The notes: generated by a model not told the origin, from the sequence alone. Positions 49,307 through 62,597 are shown, counted from the first letter of the stretch. The stretch is DNA of 64,000 nucleotides from Chiloscyllium plagiosum (GCF_004010195.1 NC_057720.1:7491117-7555116), one strand, 5' to 3'. Program-made: numbers and translations.

Positions 49307-51289
49307 CCTCTTACTTAAAAACATAGGAACTAGGAGGAGAACTGGACTATTCATCCCTTTGAACCTATTCCTCCATTCAATAAGACCATGGCTGATGTTC
49401 TGTCCCAATGCCATTTTCCTGTTTTCTCCTCAAACCCCCGATGCCTTTAAAATTGAAATGTATCTTTTTTCTTGAATATATTCAGTGGCTTGGTTTCCAC
49501 ATAGCAATCCATAGGTTGAGGACCTTCTGAGTGAGGGAATGTTTCTTCATCTCTGTGCTGAATGGCCTACCCTATCTCCTGAGCCTGTATCCCCTGTTTC
49601 TACATGCCCCATCCAGGGTAAACAGCCTCTCTGCTTCTATGCTGTATGGCCCTGTTAAAATTTTATATCAGGTCTCCTCTCAGTCTTCTGAAGATATGTC
49701 CCATGTTCATGGACACCACAATCAAAGGGATAAGGGCCTTCCTTCTCATTATGTCTCATCTCTTCAGAACTTTGTACAATTCAACTAGCTTCCCCTTTAA
49801 CCCTGTCTCTGAAGAAAGAACTTCAGCCTGTCCAGTCTTTCTTCATGACTTGAATTGTCCAATCCAGACAACATTCTTGCAAAACTCCTTGCTATTCCCC
49901 TCCAGTGTAATCAGGTGGTTCTGATCATGTTATGACATAGAGTCATAGTCATAGAGAGTCATAGAGTAATACAGCATGAAAACAGACCCTTCGGTCCAAC
50001 CAGTCCATGCCGACCATAATCCCAAACTAAAGTAGTTCCACCTCCCTGCGCTTGACCCATATCCATCCAAACTATTCTTATTCATGAACTGAACCCAATG
50101 TCTTTTAAACATTGTGACTGTACCCGCAACCATCACTTCCTCATGACCTCATCACCTCGTCATGAAGGAGCAGCACTCTGAAAGGTAGTGCGTCCAGATA
50201 AACCTGTTGGACTACAACCTGGTGTTTTGTGATATTTAATTCTCAACGAATAAAGAGAAGTATACCATACGCCCCCAAGACAACCTATCTACCTGACCAG
50301 CCATTGTCAGGGATCTGTGGACAGGTACTATCAGATCACTCTGTGCTACTCAGTATTGTAACATTTATTTTGTCCTTCTTTGCCTGAACAGCCTTTCCCA
50401 AATCCATTACTTCATGCTGCTCTGAATTGAATACTTTGCCAGTATTCCTTCCACCTGCACCTGTATCTCCCTGCAGCCTCCTCCTAGCTACCATGTGGTC
50501 AATTTTTAGATCATTTACTGCATGAAAATGGAGTACAATCATTGAAAGCTCAACATAAAACCCTATGACGTAGGAGCAGAAGTAGGCCACTCAGCCCATC
50601 GGGTCTGCTCCACTTCTGGTCTGATAATTCTCAACTCCACTTTCCTGCCTTTTCCTTATAATCCTTGATTCCCTCACTGATTAAAAATCTCTCTATCGCA
50701 ACCTTGAGTATACCGTGCAACCCAGCCTCAACAACCATCAATTGCAAAGAATTCCATGGATTCACAATTCTCTGAGAGAAAAAATGCCTTCCTCACCTTT
50801 GACTTTCATTGCCTCTAGTCCTACACTCTCCCACAAGGGGAAACACCAAAGATGGACACCGTTATGTCCTCTAAGAATCTTCTACATTTCAGTAAGGTCG
50901 CCTCTCATATTTCTATATTCCAACAAGCACATATTCTAAGGGCATATACGGGTTGACGGGTTAGAAGGCAGGAGACAGTATGGAGTTGACAATCAGATCA
51001 GCATGACCTTATCGAATAGTGTAGCAGGATCAAAGGGCCAAGTGACCAATTCCTCCTCCTCAACAATGGCTCTTTGTGCCTGCACTGATTCACAAACTAG
51101 CCACCCGGTCTAATGCCACTTGCCAGCACTGTTGCAAAGACCTGCAGATGACAGAACGTGAGGTGCATATGTGGATACCTTTTATAAACGAATTGAGGCT
51201 GATATGTTTTTCCCTTGAAAAGGAATAAGGGGAAATGGCAGGACAGGGATATTCATTTTGCAGCATCAGACACTACCACAGACCAGTTG

Positions 51290-52390
51290 TCACTCAGTCA
51301 GTAGCACTGGTTATGAGATTCAGGTCAAGCTCCAGAAATTTGGGTATAAAAAGACCAAGCTGACATTCCCATAGGGTACTGAGGGAGTGCCGCACTGTCG
51401 GAGGGTCAGCGCTGAGGGAGTGCCACATGTTGGAGGGTCAGCACTGAGGGAGTGCTTCACTGTCAGAAGGTCAGTGCTGAGGGAGTGCCGCACTGTCGGA
51501 GGGTCAGTACTGAGGGAGTGCCGCACTGTCGGAGGGTCAGTACTGAGGTAGTGCCGCACTGCCAGACGGTCAGTACTGAGGGAGTGCAGCACTGTTGAAA
51601 GGTCAGTGCTGAGGGAGTGCCACACGGTTAAGTGTCAGTACTGAGGGAGTGCCGTACTGTCGGAGGGTCAGTACTGGGGGAGTGTCGCATAGAGTGTCAG
51701 TACTGAGGGAGTGCTGCACTGTCAAAGGATCAATACTGAGGGAATGCCACACTGTTGGAGGGTGAGTGCTGAGGGAGTGCCACACTGTTGCAGAGTCAGT
51801 ACTGAGAGAGTGCTACACTGTCAGAGGGTCAGTACTCAGAGAGTACCACACTGTCAGAGGGTCAGTACTGAGGGAATACCGCACTATTGGAGGGTCAGTA
51901 CTGAGGGAGTGGCACATTGTCAGAAGGTCAATACTGACGGAGTGCCACACTATTGGAGGGTCAGTACTGAGGGAGTGCCGCACTATGGAGGGTCAGTACT
52001 GAGGGAGTGGCACACTGTTGGAGAGTCAGTTCTGAAAGGGTGCCACACTGTTGAAGGGTTAGTACTAAGGGAGTGCTGCACTTTTGGAGGGTCAGTACCC
52101 AGTGAGTACCACACTGTTGGAGTGTCAGTACTGAGGGAGTGCTGCACTGCCAGAGAGTCAGTATTGAATGTGTGCGTGCAGGCAAATGTAAAGGATCTCT
52201 TGGCATAATAAGAAACTGTGAAATTGTTAATTCTAATACCTTAATATTATCGCTGCTTGACAGAGCTTGTTGTGCGCAAATTGGCTGTCATGTTTGCTGC
52301 ATTACAACCCAATTGACTGCTCCTCAAAGTGCTTCATTGGATGTTGAAAAAGCCTTGGGACATCTTGAGGTGCTATAGAAATGCAAGTCT
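51290..52390 (+). mobile_element. DeuSINE (SacSINE1-like) hosting the 33-bp array
   Basis: The 5' part (..aagctgacattccca) precedes the array. The 3' tail (ttgtgcgcaaattggctg...cttcattgg...tgctatagaaatgcaagt) follows it. Confidence 0.65.
51376..52165 (+). repeat. 33-bp minisatellite, ~24 units
   Basis: Unit gtactgagggagtgccgcactgtcggagggtca. It generates the periodic VLREC.TV.GS ORFs. Confidence 0.97.
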
Positions 52391-52456
52391 CTCTTTTAAA
52401 GAGAAGGTATAACTTGTATCACTGGGTAGGAGCTAATGCTGTATCCTGCTATCCAG

Positions 52457-52495
52457 ATTGCAGTCACGAATGAGAAAAGCCAGGACATGTGTGAG
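52457..52495 (+). CDS. Candidate 39-nt phase-0 microexon (IAVTNEKSQDMCE)
   Basis: gctaat branch-like site, atccag| acceptor and GAG|gtgagt donor. The pyrimidine tract is poor. Confidence 0.2.
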
Positions 52496-53029
52496 GTGAG
52501 TAATTTAACACCAGCAGCCTGAACTGATTTTTCTCTCTCTCCCTGTGTGTTGCCCTCCCCCATGAGCTCCTTCGAGAAACTCATTCAGCTCAGCTCATCC
52601 TGAATCAAAATGAGTGTGACCAAGCGGGAACAGGAATTAACCTTTGGAGCCAGACTCTGAATATTCTTGCCCTCAATTGCTAAAAATACAAATTTAATTA
52701 ACTTATTGCAACTAATTTCTGTCAGGGTTATTGTTAAAGGTCGCTGCAGGGTTAAAGGCAACTTTAAACAACAAAACCTTGATTACCTTGGCCTACTGAA
52801 TGACTAACTCTGGCTGACATCATCGCCGCGTGGGATCATTTGCAGGGCAGGGGTGACATGACTTCTTAATTAATACTCACAGCGCCCTTATTGCCATTAC
52901 GTTTGGTAAACCATCACAAAGTCACCACGCCCACTCCCCTCACCAACCCCCCACCCCCCCCCACCCCACCCAGCTCGCCCCAACACACCCACTCCTATCA
53001 CCATCACCTCTCCCTCTCTGATTTTAGTC

Positions 53030-53710
53030 ATCGAGTCATAGAGATATACAGCACAGAAACAGACCCTTCGGTTCAACTCATCCATGCCAACCAGGTTCCC
53101 CCAAACTTAACGATTCCCATTTGCTGACATTTGGCCCATATCCCTTTAAACCTTTCCTGTTCACTTACCTACCCAAATGCCTTTTAAATGCTGTAATTGT
53201 ACCAGCCCTCCCTAACATCCTCAGGCAGCTCCTTCCATACCCCCACCACCCTCTGCATGAAAATGTTGCTCCTTAGGACCCTTTTTAAATTTTCGCCTCT
53301 CACCTTGAACCAGTGCCCTCTAGGTGTGGGCTCCCCTACCCTCAGGAAAAGACCCTGACTATCCACCCTATCCATAACCCCATGATTAGACAGGGTAGAT
53401 GCAGGGATGTGGTGGGTGTGTTCAGAACCAGGGGTCACAGTTTGAGGATTGAGAGTGGACCATTTAGGATGGAGTTGAAGAGACATCTCTTCACTCACAG
53501 AGTGGTGAGCTTGTGGGATTCATTACCACAGAAAGGAGTTGATGCCAAAATATTGAACGTATTCAAGAGCGGGCTAGATATAGCACATGGGGCGAATGGG
53601 ATCAAAGCAGGGTGAGGCTATTGAGTTGGACAATCAGGCATGACTGTGATGAATGGCAGAGCAGGCTCAAAGGGCCGAATGGCCCTCTCCTGCTCCTATC
53701 TTCTATGTTT
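53030..53710. mobile_element. Divergent pair of CR1 3' ends (minus 53030-53375, plus 53385-53710)
   Basis: Minus: RGHWFKVRGE..NIFMQRVVGVW. Plus: RTRGHSLRI..LFTHRVVSLWDSLPQ. Confidence 0.85.
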
Positions 53711-53786
53711 GTCTCTTAGAATCAGAGAATTTTACAGTGTAGAAGCAGGCCATTCAGCCCATTGTGTCTGTGCCAACTCCCAAAAG

Positions 53787-54284
53787 TGAGTTTGGGTTCC
53801 CAGGTTGTCTGCATCCAGTACAGATTTGTGGAGGTGGATTTGGGCCCAATTTGAGTTCGGGTTGCATCGGCAAGGTGGGCTCATAAAGGCCTCATCGTGG
53901 CGGCAAAATTGAGTTTGGGCTGGTGTGGTACCTGGCCATATCGGTGGTGCCTGCATTGACAAGATCCAGCGAGGACTCATAGTGGCGAGGTCATCGGTGG
54001 AGGGGCGATGGCACCAAAAAGTGGCGACTTTCAATCCTTCGGTGAAAGGGCGGCAAAGGGGCCTTGTGCCCGATCACCAGGCCCACGGACCAGGCTCATG
54101 GTACGGCACTAAATGAGAAAGGCTGTAAAATTGAACATTTCTTCTTTCTTTTTGTGCCCTTATACTCGATGCTTTGGGTTTTTTTCTGTGCTTTAAGATG
54201 GTGCCAGAGAGTGGCGTCACTGCACAACACTTTTCACTGTATCTTGTAAAATATCCACATGACAATAAATAAATCAAATCAAAT
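53787..54284 (+). mobile_element. GC-rich non-coding retroposon with a Rex-Babar-like (CAAAT)n tail
   Basis: Tail cacttttcactgtatc...aataaatcaaatcaaatc resembles 49255-49306. Flanked by caaaag. Related minus-strand tails at ~11650-11900 and ~32800-33130. Confidence 0.5.
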
Positions 54285-54504
54285 CAAAAGAGCCAGCCAG
54301 CTAGTCCCATTCTCTGTAGCCCTCTAAATTCATCCCTTTCAAATATATAGCCAGCTGGCAATAAAACCTCCAATGGAATCCACCCCCACCACCCACCCAG
54401 GCAGCACATTCCCAATCCTAACACCTCTCTGAGTAAAGAAGTTTCTCCTCAACTCACTCCGAGCTCTATTGTTGAAATTGTGATCCCGAGTTACTAACTA
54501 GTGG

Positions 54505-55560
54505 AAACAGAACATAGAACATAGAACATAGAAGAATACAGCGCAGTACAGGCCCTTTGGCCCTCGATGTTGCGCCGATCCAAGCCCACCTAACCTATAC
54601 TAACCCACTATCCTCCATATACCTATCCAATGCCCGCTTAAATGCCCATAAAGAGGGAGAGTCCACCACTGCTACTGGCAGGGCATTCCATGAACTTACG
54701 ACTCGCTGACTGAAGAACCTACCCCTAACTTCAGTCCAATATCTACCCCCCTTAATTTAAAGCTATGCCCCCTTGTAATACCCGACTCCATACGCGGGAA
54801 AAGGTTCACACTGTCAACCCTATCTAACCCCCTAATCATCTTGTACACCTCAATCAAGTCACCCCTAAACCTTCTTTTCTATAATGAAAACAGCCCCAAG
54901 TGTCTCAATCTTTCCTCATACGATCTTCCTTCCATACCAGGCAACATCCTGGTAAACCTCCTCTGCACCCGTTCCAGTGCCTCCACATCCTTCCTATAGC
55001 TATGCCCTCTAGTTCTGGACTCCCTGACCCCAGGGAAAAGACTTTGCCTATTTACCCTATCCATGCCTCTCATAATTTTGTAAACCTCTATAAGGTCACC
55101 CCTCAGACTCCAATGCTCCAGGGAAAACTGCCCAGCCTGTTCAGCCTCTCCCTATAGCTCAAATCCTCCAACCCTGGCGACATCTTTGTAAATCTTTTCT
55201 GATCCCTTTCAAGTTTTACAATATCTTTCCGATAGGCAGGCGACCAGAATTGCACGCAATATTCCAACAATGGCCTAACCAATGTCCTGTACGGCCGCAA
55301 CATGACCTCCCAACTCCTGTACTCAACACTCTGACCAATAAAGGAAAGCATACCAAATGCCTTCTTCACTATCCTATCTACCTGCGACTCCACTTTCAAG
55401 GAGCTATGAACCTGTACTCCAAGGTCTCTTTGTTCAGCAACACTCCCTAGGACCTTACCATTAAGTGTATAAGTCCTGCTAAGATTTTCTTTCCCAAAAT
55501 GCAGCACCTCGCACTTATCTGAATTAAACTCCATCTGCCCCTTCTCAGCCCATTAGCCCA
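54505..55560 (-). mobile_element. Young CR1 3' end (54505-~55000) abutting an older CR1 ORF2 fragment (~55000-55560)
   Basis: (AGAACAT)n tail. ORF 55103-55534 reads KCEVLHFG...[16 protein letters not shown] 54879-55073 is a chimera of the two pieces. Confidence 0.92.
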
Positions 55561-55589
55561 TTTGTTCCCACACAAACCCTTTCCAATCA

Positions 55590-55878
55590 ACTGTTTTCCC
55601 TGGAGTGTCAGAGGCTGAGGGGTGACTTTACAGAGGTTTATAAAATCATGAGGGACATGGATGAGGTAAATAGACAAGGCCTTTCCCTGGGATGGGGGAG
55701 TCCAGAACTGGAGGGCATAGGTTTAGGGTGAGAGGGGAAAGATTTAAAAGGGACCGCAGGGGCAACTTTTTCCCGCAGAGGGTAGTATGTGAATGGAATG
55801 AACTGCCAGAGAAAGTGGTGAAGGCTGGTACAACTGCAACATTTAAAAGGCATCTGAATGGTTATACAAAAAGGAAGG
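55590..55878 (+). mobile_element. CR1 LINE fragment
   Basis: GESRTGGHRFRVRGERFKRD.RGNFFPQRVV..WNELP. Confidence 0.88.
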
Positions 55879-55879
55879 T

Positions 55880-56146
55880 AACCCAGCCCCCTACTCTATC
55901 CCAATTTTCCTGCGTTGTCCCTGGCTAACACACCGAGCCTGGACACTACAGGCAATTTAGCATGGCCAATCTACCTGATCTGTGCATCTTTGGATTTTGG
56001 GAGGAGACCGGAACATCTGGAGGAAACCCATGCAGACACAGGGGATGATGTGCAAATTCCACATAGGCAGTCACCCTTGGTTGGAATCAAACCCGGTCCC
56101 TGGTGCTGTGAGGCAGCAGTGCTAACCACTGAGCCACCGTGCTGCC
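55880..56146 (-). mobile_element. HE1-type V-SINE
   Basis: Reverse-complement head and V-domain. Confidence 0.8.
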
Positions 56147-56230
56147 CTCACCCCACCTTGGCCTTAACTCCATCTTCTCACCCACTCCCTGTAACACTCC
56201 AACCTGGGTCTAATTGAAGGCTCTCTGCCT

Positions 56231-56330
56231 TTATTCCTGATGAAGGGCTTTTGCCCGAAACGTCAATTTTACTGCTCCTCGGATGCTGCCTGAACTGCTG
56301 TGCTTTTCCAGCACCACTAATCCAGAATCT
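56231..56330 (+). mobile_element. PLE family A terminus with a hammerhead core
   Basis: attcCTGATGAaGGGCttttGCCCGAAACGTC at 56237-56264. Confidence 0.75.
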
Positions 56331-56727
56331 AATTAAAAATCTGTCTATCTCTCCTTAAATTTACTCAGTGTTCTGGTGTCCACATCGCTCTGGGTTCTTA
56401 AAATTCCACAGATTCACAACCCTTTGAAAAGCAACCTTTGTCATCAAATAACCAAGTAACCAAGTGATTGAAAAGAACCCCACTAAAACTAGACCATTCA
56501 GCCCTTTGTGTCTGTGTTAACTCTTCAAAAAAGTCAGTCCTATTCTCCTTGTATAAATTATTTATCTTCAAGCATTCATTTCATTACGTCCAGAAAATTT
56601 CTGCTGGAGTTTCTTCCATTGCCTCTTCAGGCAGCATTTTCCAGATTCGACATGTGATAGGACAGGCCAGATCATCTGTTACTCAGAAAAAGGGATGGGG
56701 TAAGACATTTAGAGGAAGAAGTTAGTG

Positions 56728-57048
56728 CGCAGTACCATGACTCAGTGGTTAGCACTGCTCCCTCACAGTGACAGGGATTGGGTTCGATTCCAGCCTTGGG
56801 TAACTGTCTGTGTGGAGTTTCATGTTCTCCCTGTGTCTGTGTGGGTTTCCTCCCACAGTCCAAAGATGTGCAGGTTAGGTGGACTGGCTGTGGGAAGTTG
56901 CCCAGACTGGGTGGGTTAACCAGGGGCAATGCAAGATAATGGGAATAGAGTAGGGGGGGCTGGGTCTAGGTGGGATGCTCTTCGGAGAGCCAGTGTGAAC
57001 TCGATGGGCTGAATGGCCTGCTTTCATCCTGTAGCTAATCTACGATTC
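56728..57048 (+). mobile_element. HE1-type V-SINE
   Basis: actcagtggttagcactgc...ggttcgattcc, V-domain and tail. Confidence 0.8.
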
Positions 57049-60000
57049 TGTGCATGTACACCAGAATTCAACATTTTTTGGGGAACCTTTCACAGGTAAA
57101 CAAATTGGTCAACAATCATCCCGGGGAAGCTGCTTTTGCAACCACCAACAACTGAATCCACCTCTCCCCTTCCACTTCCCATTGCCAAAGCCACAATGTA
57201 ACTGCATTAATGATCGCCTCATCACCCAGTATTAATATCCTGTTTGTACAATGTCTGCTACTGCCAGGGGCAGGCTTTTAGGCCTGGCCAACATACCATG
57301 ATACCTTCTTTGACACTTGTAGTGCTGTGGGCTAGCACCTTCTAGATTAGAGTGGTGCTGGAAAAGCACAGCAGTTCAGGCAGCATCCGAGGAGCAGGAA
57401 AATCGATGTTTCGGGAAAAAGCCCTTCATCAGGAATAGAGCAGGAATGTGGGCGAGCACCGTCACCTCTTTGTCAGAAAATTCTGGAACTAAAAACCCCA
57501 GAGACATGACAAAATTGTGGCCTGCACATCACTGTAGTGTGAAGGGGACTGTTTCTCTGACTGAGGTAATGCCTGATTTTCATCCTTTCAGGGAGATGGG
57601 CATCATTGACAAGACTGGCAGTTGTTACCCATCCCCAATGGGTAAATTTATTGGCTCTCTAGGCCATTTCAGAGGGCAGTTATGGGTCACCGCATCGCTG
57701 GGGATCTGGAGTCACATGCAGGCCAGGCTGGGTTAGGATGACAGATTTCCTTCCTTGAAGGACATTTGTGAACAAGATGGGTTTTTTAATGTTAATCAAT
57801 GTTGGTTACATGGAAATGGAATCCCATTGAGGTGTGAGCATAAATGGAAATGGCCAAATTTGTAGCAGTATGAGATGAGAAGTCCAACTAGACAGATCTC
57901 AATGTCAGGAGGATCTTGCACCATCTTTTAAACTTTTCACAAGTGGTGTGGCAGGTTTCTCACGGGGTGGTGGTGAGTTGCCAGTTTAGAAGGATTATAT
58001 TTTGTTAACTGCCTTAGAGATGATCCAACTCGTCTCATTAATGTTTGAGGGATCTTAAAGATGGTGCCAGCATCAGGAATGCCAATGGATTCTGGGATAT
58101 CCGCCAAGTAGCGAGCTATTCTGCAATCGGTGCATGGTCAGATGAGATCGGATGTGACTGATATCACAGGGGTAGGATGGGTATTTAATGAAAACTCTCC
58201 AGACCTTCTCTCTTGGAAAGTCCATTAAACAAAAACCAACACAACTTAGCTGAAAAAAACTATCAAATTTTGCCCATGGTCATTAGCTCTTTGAATTTTG
58301 CTGTATTCAAATTTCACTCTCGATTAAGATAGTTTTCGAATCCATGTTTCCACAACATTCCTGCAGGACTACAACATTACTACAGGATGGACCTTACCAT
58401 TGCACCATCACCTCTGTCCAGAACCCTCCACCTCCTGAGATGGGAGAATGATTGAAAACTCTGCCTGCTTCCTCAGATGGATGTAATGCATATCTCAATG
58501 CTATTTTGATGAAGAGTATTCTCCAACCAACCCGACCAACACATCCCCTGACCAAAGCAAGTGATCTGACCGTTATCATGGTGCTATTCATGGGCGCTTG
58601 CTGTGCATAATTGTCTGTGATGTTTACTAGATTTCAACAGTGCCTACACTTCAAAAAGTGACTGTGAAACACTTTGAGATGCCCTCACCCCTTCAAGTAG
58701 TGCAAGGTGCTATATAAGTGCAGATCTTTCAATTCCCTTTCAAACCAATAGTTCTTTAAGTCAATGGTAGTGGTTACAAAATGGAGAGACATGTCGTGGC
58801 TTATTCAGGGGTCAGAATGTGGCGCCTGAAAGCAGAAATGGCCCTGACTTCAGCAGCTGGACATAGAGGAGATTTCAGGTCCTGAAGCCCTCCTCGCACA
58901 CTCCTCCTGCCCTTCCCGCCCAATCACCACAGACCTAACAAAAGCACGACCTCTCACTATGGGAAAAGACTCAACATCTGGTCCTCTGTACAACATATTG
59001 ATAATTCCTATCAATAACATCATCAATATTTATGAGCCTCACAATAAATCAAAGGGAAAGATGAATACATTTAAAGGTCATTATAGACTTCCTTCCATAA
59101 ATAAATTGAACACGAGAGTAAAATAAATACAGTGAGATGGTTTAGAACCCAACACTTCTCAAAGGATTGTCTCGTTTTTCATTTTGTCACATCCTTTGAT
59201 AGCTCAGCTACTCATTACATAAATTCATCAAAGGGCAAACTTCCAGTTCCACTGCCAAGGTTGAATGGGGCAGGGAGGTGGAACTTGTGCAGATAGTGGA
59301 CTTGATGGGCCAAAGGGCCTCTTCTATGATTCTACGAAGGTGGCTGTTCATTGTCTGAGCTCATGCATGGGGTGAACCTGCAACATTAAAGGGTGAAAGG
59401 AGTTGTGAGACTCAGCCACCAGTCAACTCTATCCACAAAGGAAGGTGTGCTGCTTTTTGCCACACTGACTAGGTCATATGTGGATTGACAAAGATTGGCG
59501 GATGAAAAACTAAGAAAATGGGCATTCTGCAGTTGGAGGTCCTGACTGAATGGCATAGCCTTATTCCATGGTCAACTAAATCATTTGGAAGGATTATTCA
59601 GTAGCGTATCTTCCCCAAATGTCATTTTCTCATATTATACTCCATTTGCTCACTTTTTGCTCACTTACTTCACCTATCAATATCTCTCTGTAAATTATCT
59701 GTATCCCTCTTGCAATCTCCATTCCTCCTATTTTTGTGTTATTTGCAAATTTGGCTACAGTGCATTCACTTCCTTCCTTCAAATCATGAATTTATATTGT
59801 AAACATTTGTGGTCCCAGCACTGAGCCCTATGGAACCCCATTGGTCACAGGTTGCCCACCTGAAAAAGAATCCCTTCTCCCCAATTGCTATTTCCTGCCT
59901 ATGAACAAATTCTCTAGCCATGCCAATATGCTACCTCCAACACCATGGGCTCTTGTCATACAACTTAAGCTTTTGTATGCCTTCTAGAAATCCAAATACA

Positions 60001-60344
60001 ATGGATTTACTGGCTTCCCTCGATCCACTCTGTCTGAGACTTCATTGACAATTTCGAATAAATTAGTCAGACAAGATTCCCAACATCTTAATTTTGAATT
60101 TCTCATTCCAGTGTTCGGGGCCCTCCAGAACTCTCGCCTTTTCTGAACATATCATCTTTTAAGACCTTTTTCTTCTTCCAATTCTATCCTGTTGTCGCCT
60201 CCCAGCTACCACCACCTTGAGCTTAGAAGTTTCTTACCTACACCCCCCCTCCTATCGCTACTCCCCCCCCTGCTTAAGACACACATGTTTGGCCAAGCTT
60301 TTTGTCATCTTTCTCAATATCTCCTTAAAATCTGGTCGGGAATC

Positions 60345-60645
60345 AACAATACTAGAGTTGAAATGTCTAATACTAGGGGGTATGTATTCATGGTGAGAGG
60401 GAGCATGTTCAAATGAGATGTGAGGGGCAAGATCTTTTACCCAGAGAGTGGTGGGTGTCAGGAGTGGTGGTGGAGGCAGATACGATAGGGCAGTTTAAGG
60501 GACTTATAGATAAGTGCATGAATGTGCAAGGAATGCAGGGATATGGACCAAGGGCAGGCAGAAGGAATTAATTTAATTTGGCATCATATTCAGCACAACA
60601 TTGTGGGCTGAAGAACCTGTTCCGGCATTGCACTGTTCTGTGTTG
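60345..60645 (+). mobile_element. CR1 LINE 3' end
   Basis: SNTRG..FMVRG..DVRGK.FTQRVV-type sequence and tail. Confidence 0.75.
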
Positions 60646-61839
60646 TCCGATAAGTGTCTGGGATTGTTTTCCTTGGGTTAAAAGGTGCTATAACAATGCA
60701 AGTTGTTACTTTAGTCCCTGTTCCTAGGTGGAGGGAGCAGCATAACAGTCACAAACAGGTCCCAAGAGTCCAATTCAGCATCAGGAAAAAATATGAGGGG
60801 ATGGAGTGAGGAGTTTATGCTCTCAATCACTATCCAGCGAGCCATCTCATTCTGGACATGGCAAGGCTGGGTGAGGACTAGATCCTAAAACAGAGGCTGA
60901 GACTGGGACAGAGGAAACTGCTTTCTAAAGCAGCTTAAATATGATTCTTATTTTTACACAGTCATTCAATGATCTTGCAATGAATAGAAATGTGGATCCA
61001 TTGCAGTCACTGACAAATATATAATCATGAGAGATGGGTTGATGAGATGAGCCATTTTGTACTGGCAATTTGATTGTGGTATGAATGCTTCATATCAGCT
61101 GAATATTATTGCGGAAACCAACCACTTAAAGTGGGACTCGAGAAGAGTAATGGTAGATCTCAAACCCCTGATTTTTAAAGAATCTTACTTCTCTCCCCCA
61201 GCGAACACAAACAGGATAGCTTCTAAATGGTTTTAAAAAGCTCTCACGTAAGAGGTCAGTGTTAGCAGGATTACTCTATCTTGTTTACACCTTTTATCTT
61301 TATTAAGGTGATAGCCTACTGAGGGAAGGCAACAGCGGTCATAAGATCAGAAGATAGGAACAGAAGTAGGCCATTCGGCCCCCCTCGAGCCTGCTCTGCC
61401 ATTCTGATCTGATTGTGGCTTCTCGTCTTTATTCCTCACCGGATATGTCGATTGAAGCTTAGTTGAACACAGCCCTGAGATATGGTTAATAACCCTGGCT
61501 CCGCTACTGACTGTGAAAGACGTTTCCCAAGACTGGCAACTTACGAAGAAAGGAAAACAATCCTCACATCCACCTTAACTGGGAGGCACATGTTTGAACT
61601 GTGCCTCCTAGCTCTAGTCTCCCCATATGGAGAGACATCCTCTCAGAATCCAACCTGTCAAACCCTCTCTGGAATCTCATATATTTCAATAAGGTCACTT
61701 CTCAGGCTTCAGTCAAAAATGCTGCATTTTTTGCTGACCCTAATGTTGATCCCAGCATGGGGGTCCTCAGCCCATCAGTACAACTGGCCTCAGTTCGCTA
61801 TCCTTCATGGACTGCCCACTCAATCTTTGAGCCATGAAG

Positions 61840-62480
61840 GCATAGAGCATGGAAACAGACCCTTCGGTCCAACCAATCTCTAACAACCATGTCCCCAAAC
61901 TAAACTAATCCCACTTGCCTGCACTTGGCCCACATCCCTCCAAATCTTTCCTATTCATGGACTTATCCAAATGTCTTTTAAACGTTGTAACTGTACCCGC
62001 ATCCACCACTTCCTCTGGAAGTTCTTCCACACATGAACCACTCTCTGTGTAAAAATGTTGCCCCTCATGTCTTTTCTAAATCTTCCTCCTCTCACTTTAA
62101 AAATATTCCTTCTACTCATGAAATCTCCCACCCTAGGGAAAAGACACCTGCCATCCATGTCATTGATTCCCCCTGTGATTTATAAACCTCTATAAGGTCA
62201 CCCCTCAATGTCCTATGCTCTAGTGAAAAAAGTCCCAACCTATCCAGCCTCTCTTTATAACTCAAGACCTCCATTCCCAGCAACATCCTGGTAAATCTTT
62301 CTGAACCCTCTCCAACTTAATAACATCCTTCCTGTAACAGAGAGACCAGAACTGGACACAGTACTATAGAAGAGGCCTCACCTATGTCCTATACAACCTC
62401 AATACAATGTCTCAATGCTAAACTCAAAGGTCTGAGCAATGAAGGCAAGCATGCTCAATGCTTTTTTAACCACTCTGTCT
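61840..62480 (-). mobile_element. CR1 LINE 3' fragment
   Basis: FKVRGGRFRKDMRGNIFTQRVVHVW (ORF 61955-62158), with VRPLL.YCVQFWS upstream. Confidence 0.88.
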
Positions 62481-62597
62481 ACATCCTGATGCAATGTCAA
62501 GTAAAACCAACAGAAGGGCTAGTGTTACCAAGGGCAGATGGGTATGTTCGCAGATGCCTCTGCATGGACATTGCCTGCATAGAAGATGTAAAATGGA

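Noticed and set aside
51320..52208. Repetitive ORFs, or a CRISPR-like array
   Set aside because: Head-to-tail 33-bp units with no unique spacers in a eukaryotic context. The ORFs arise because the period is a multiple of 3.
58399..58435. Minus-strand exon-like segment ending ATG|gtaagg
   Set aside because: It resembles the SINE D head (gaggtgatgg..tggta) next to a DeuSINE fragment, with no further support.
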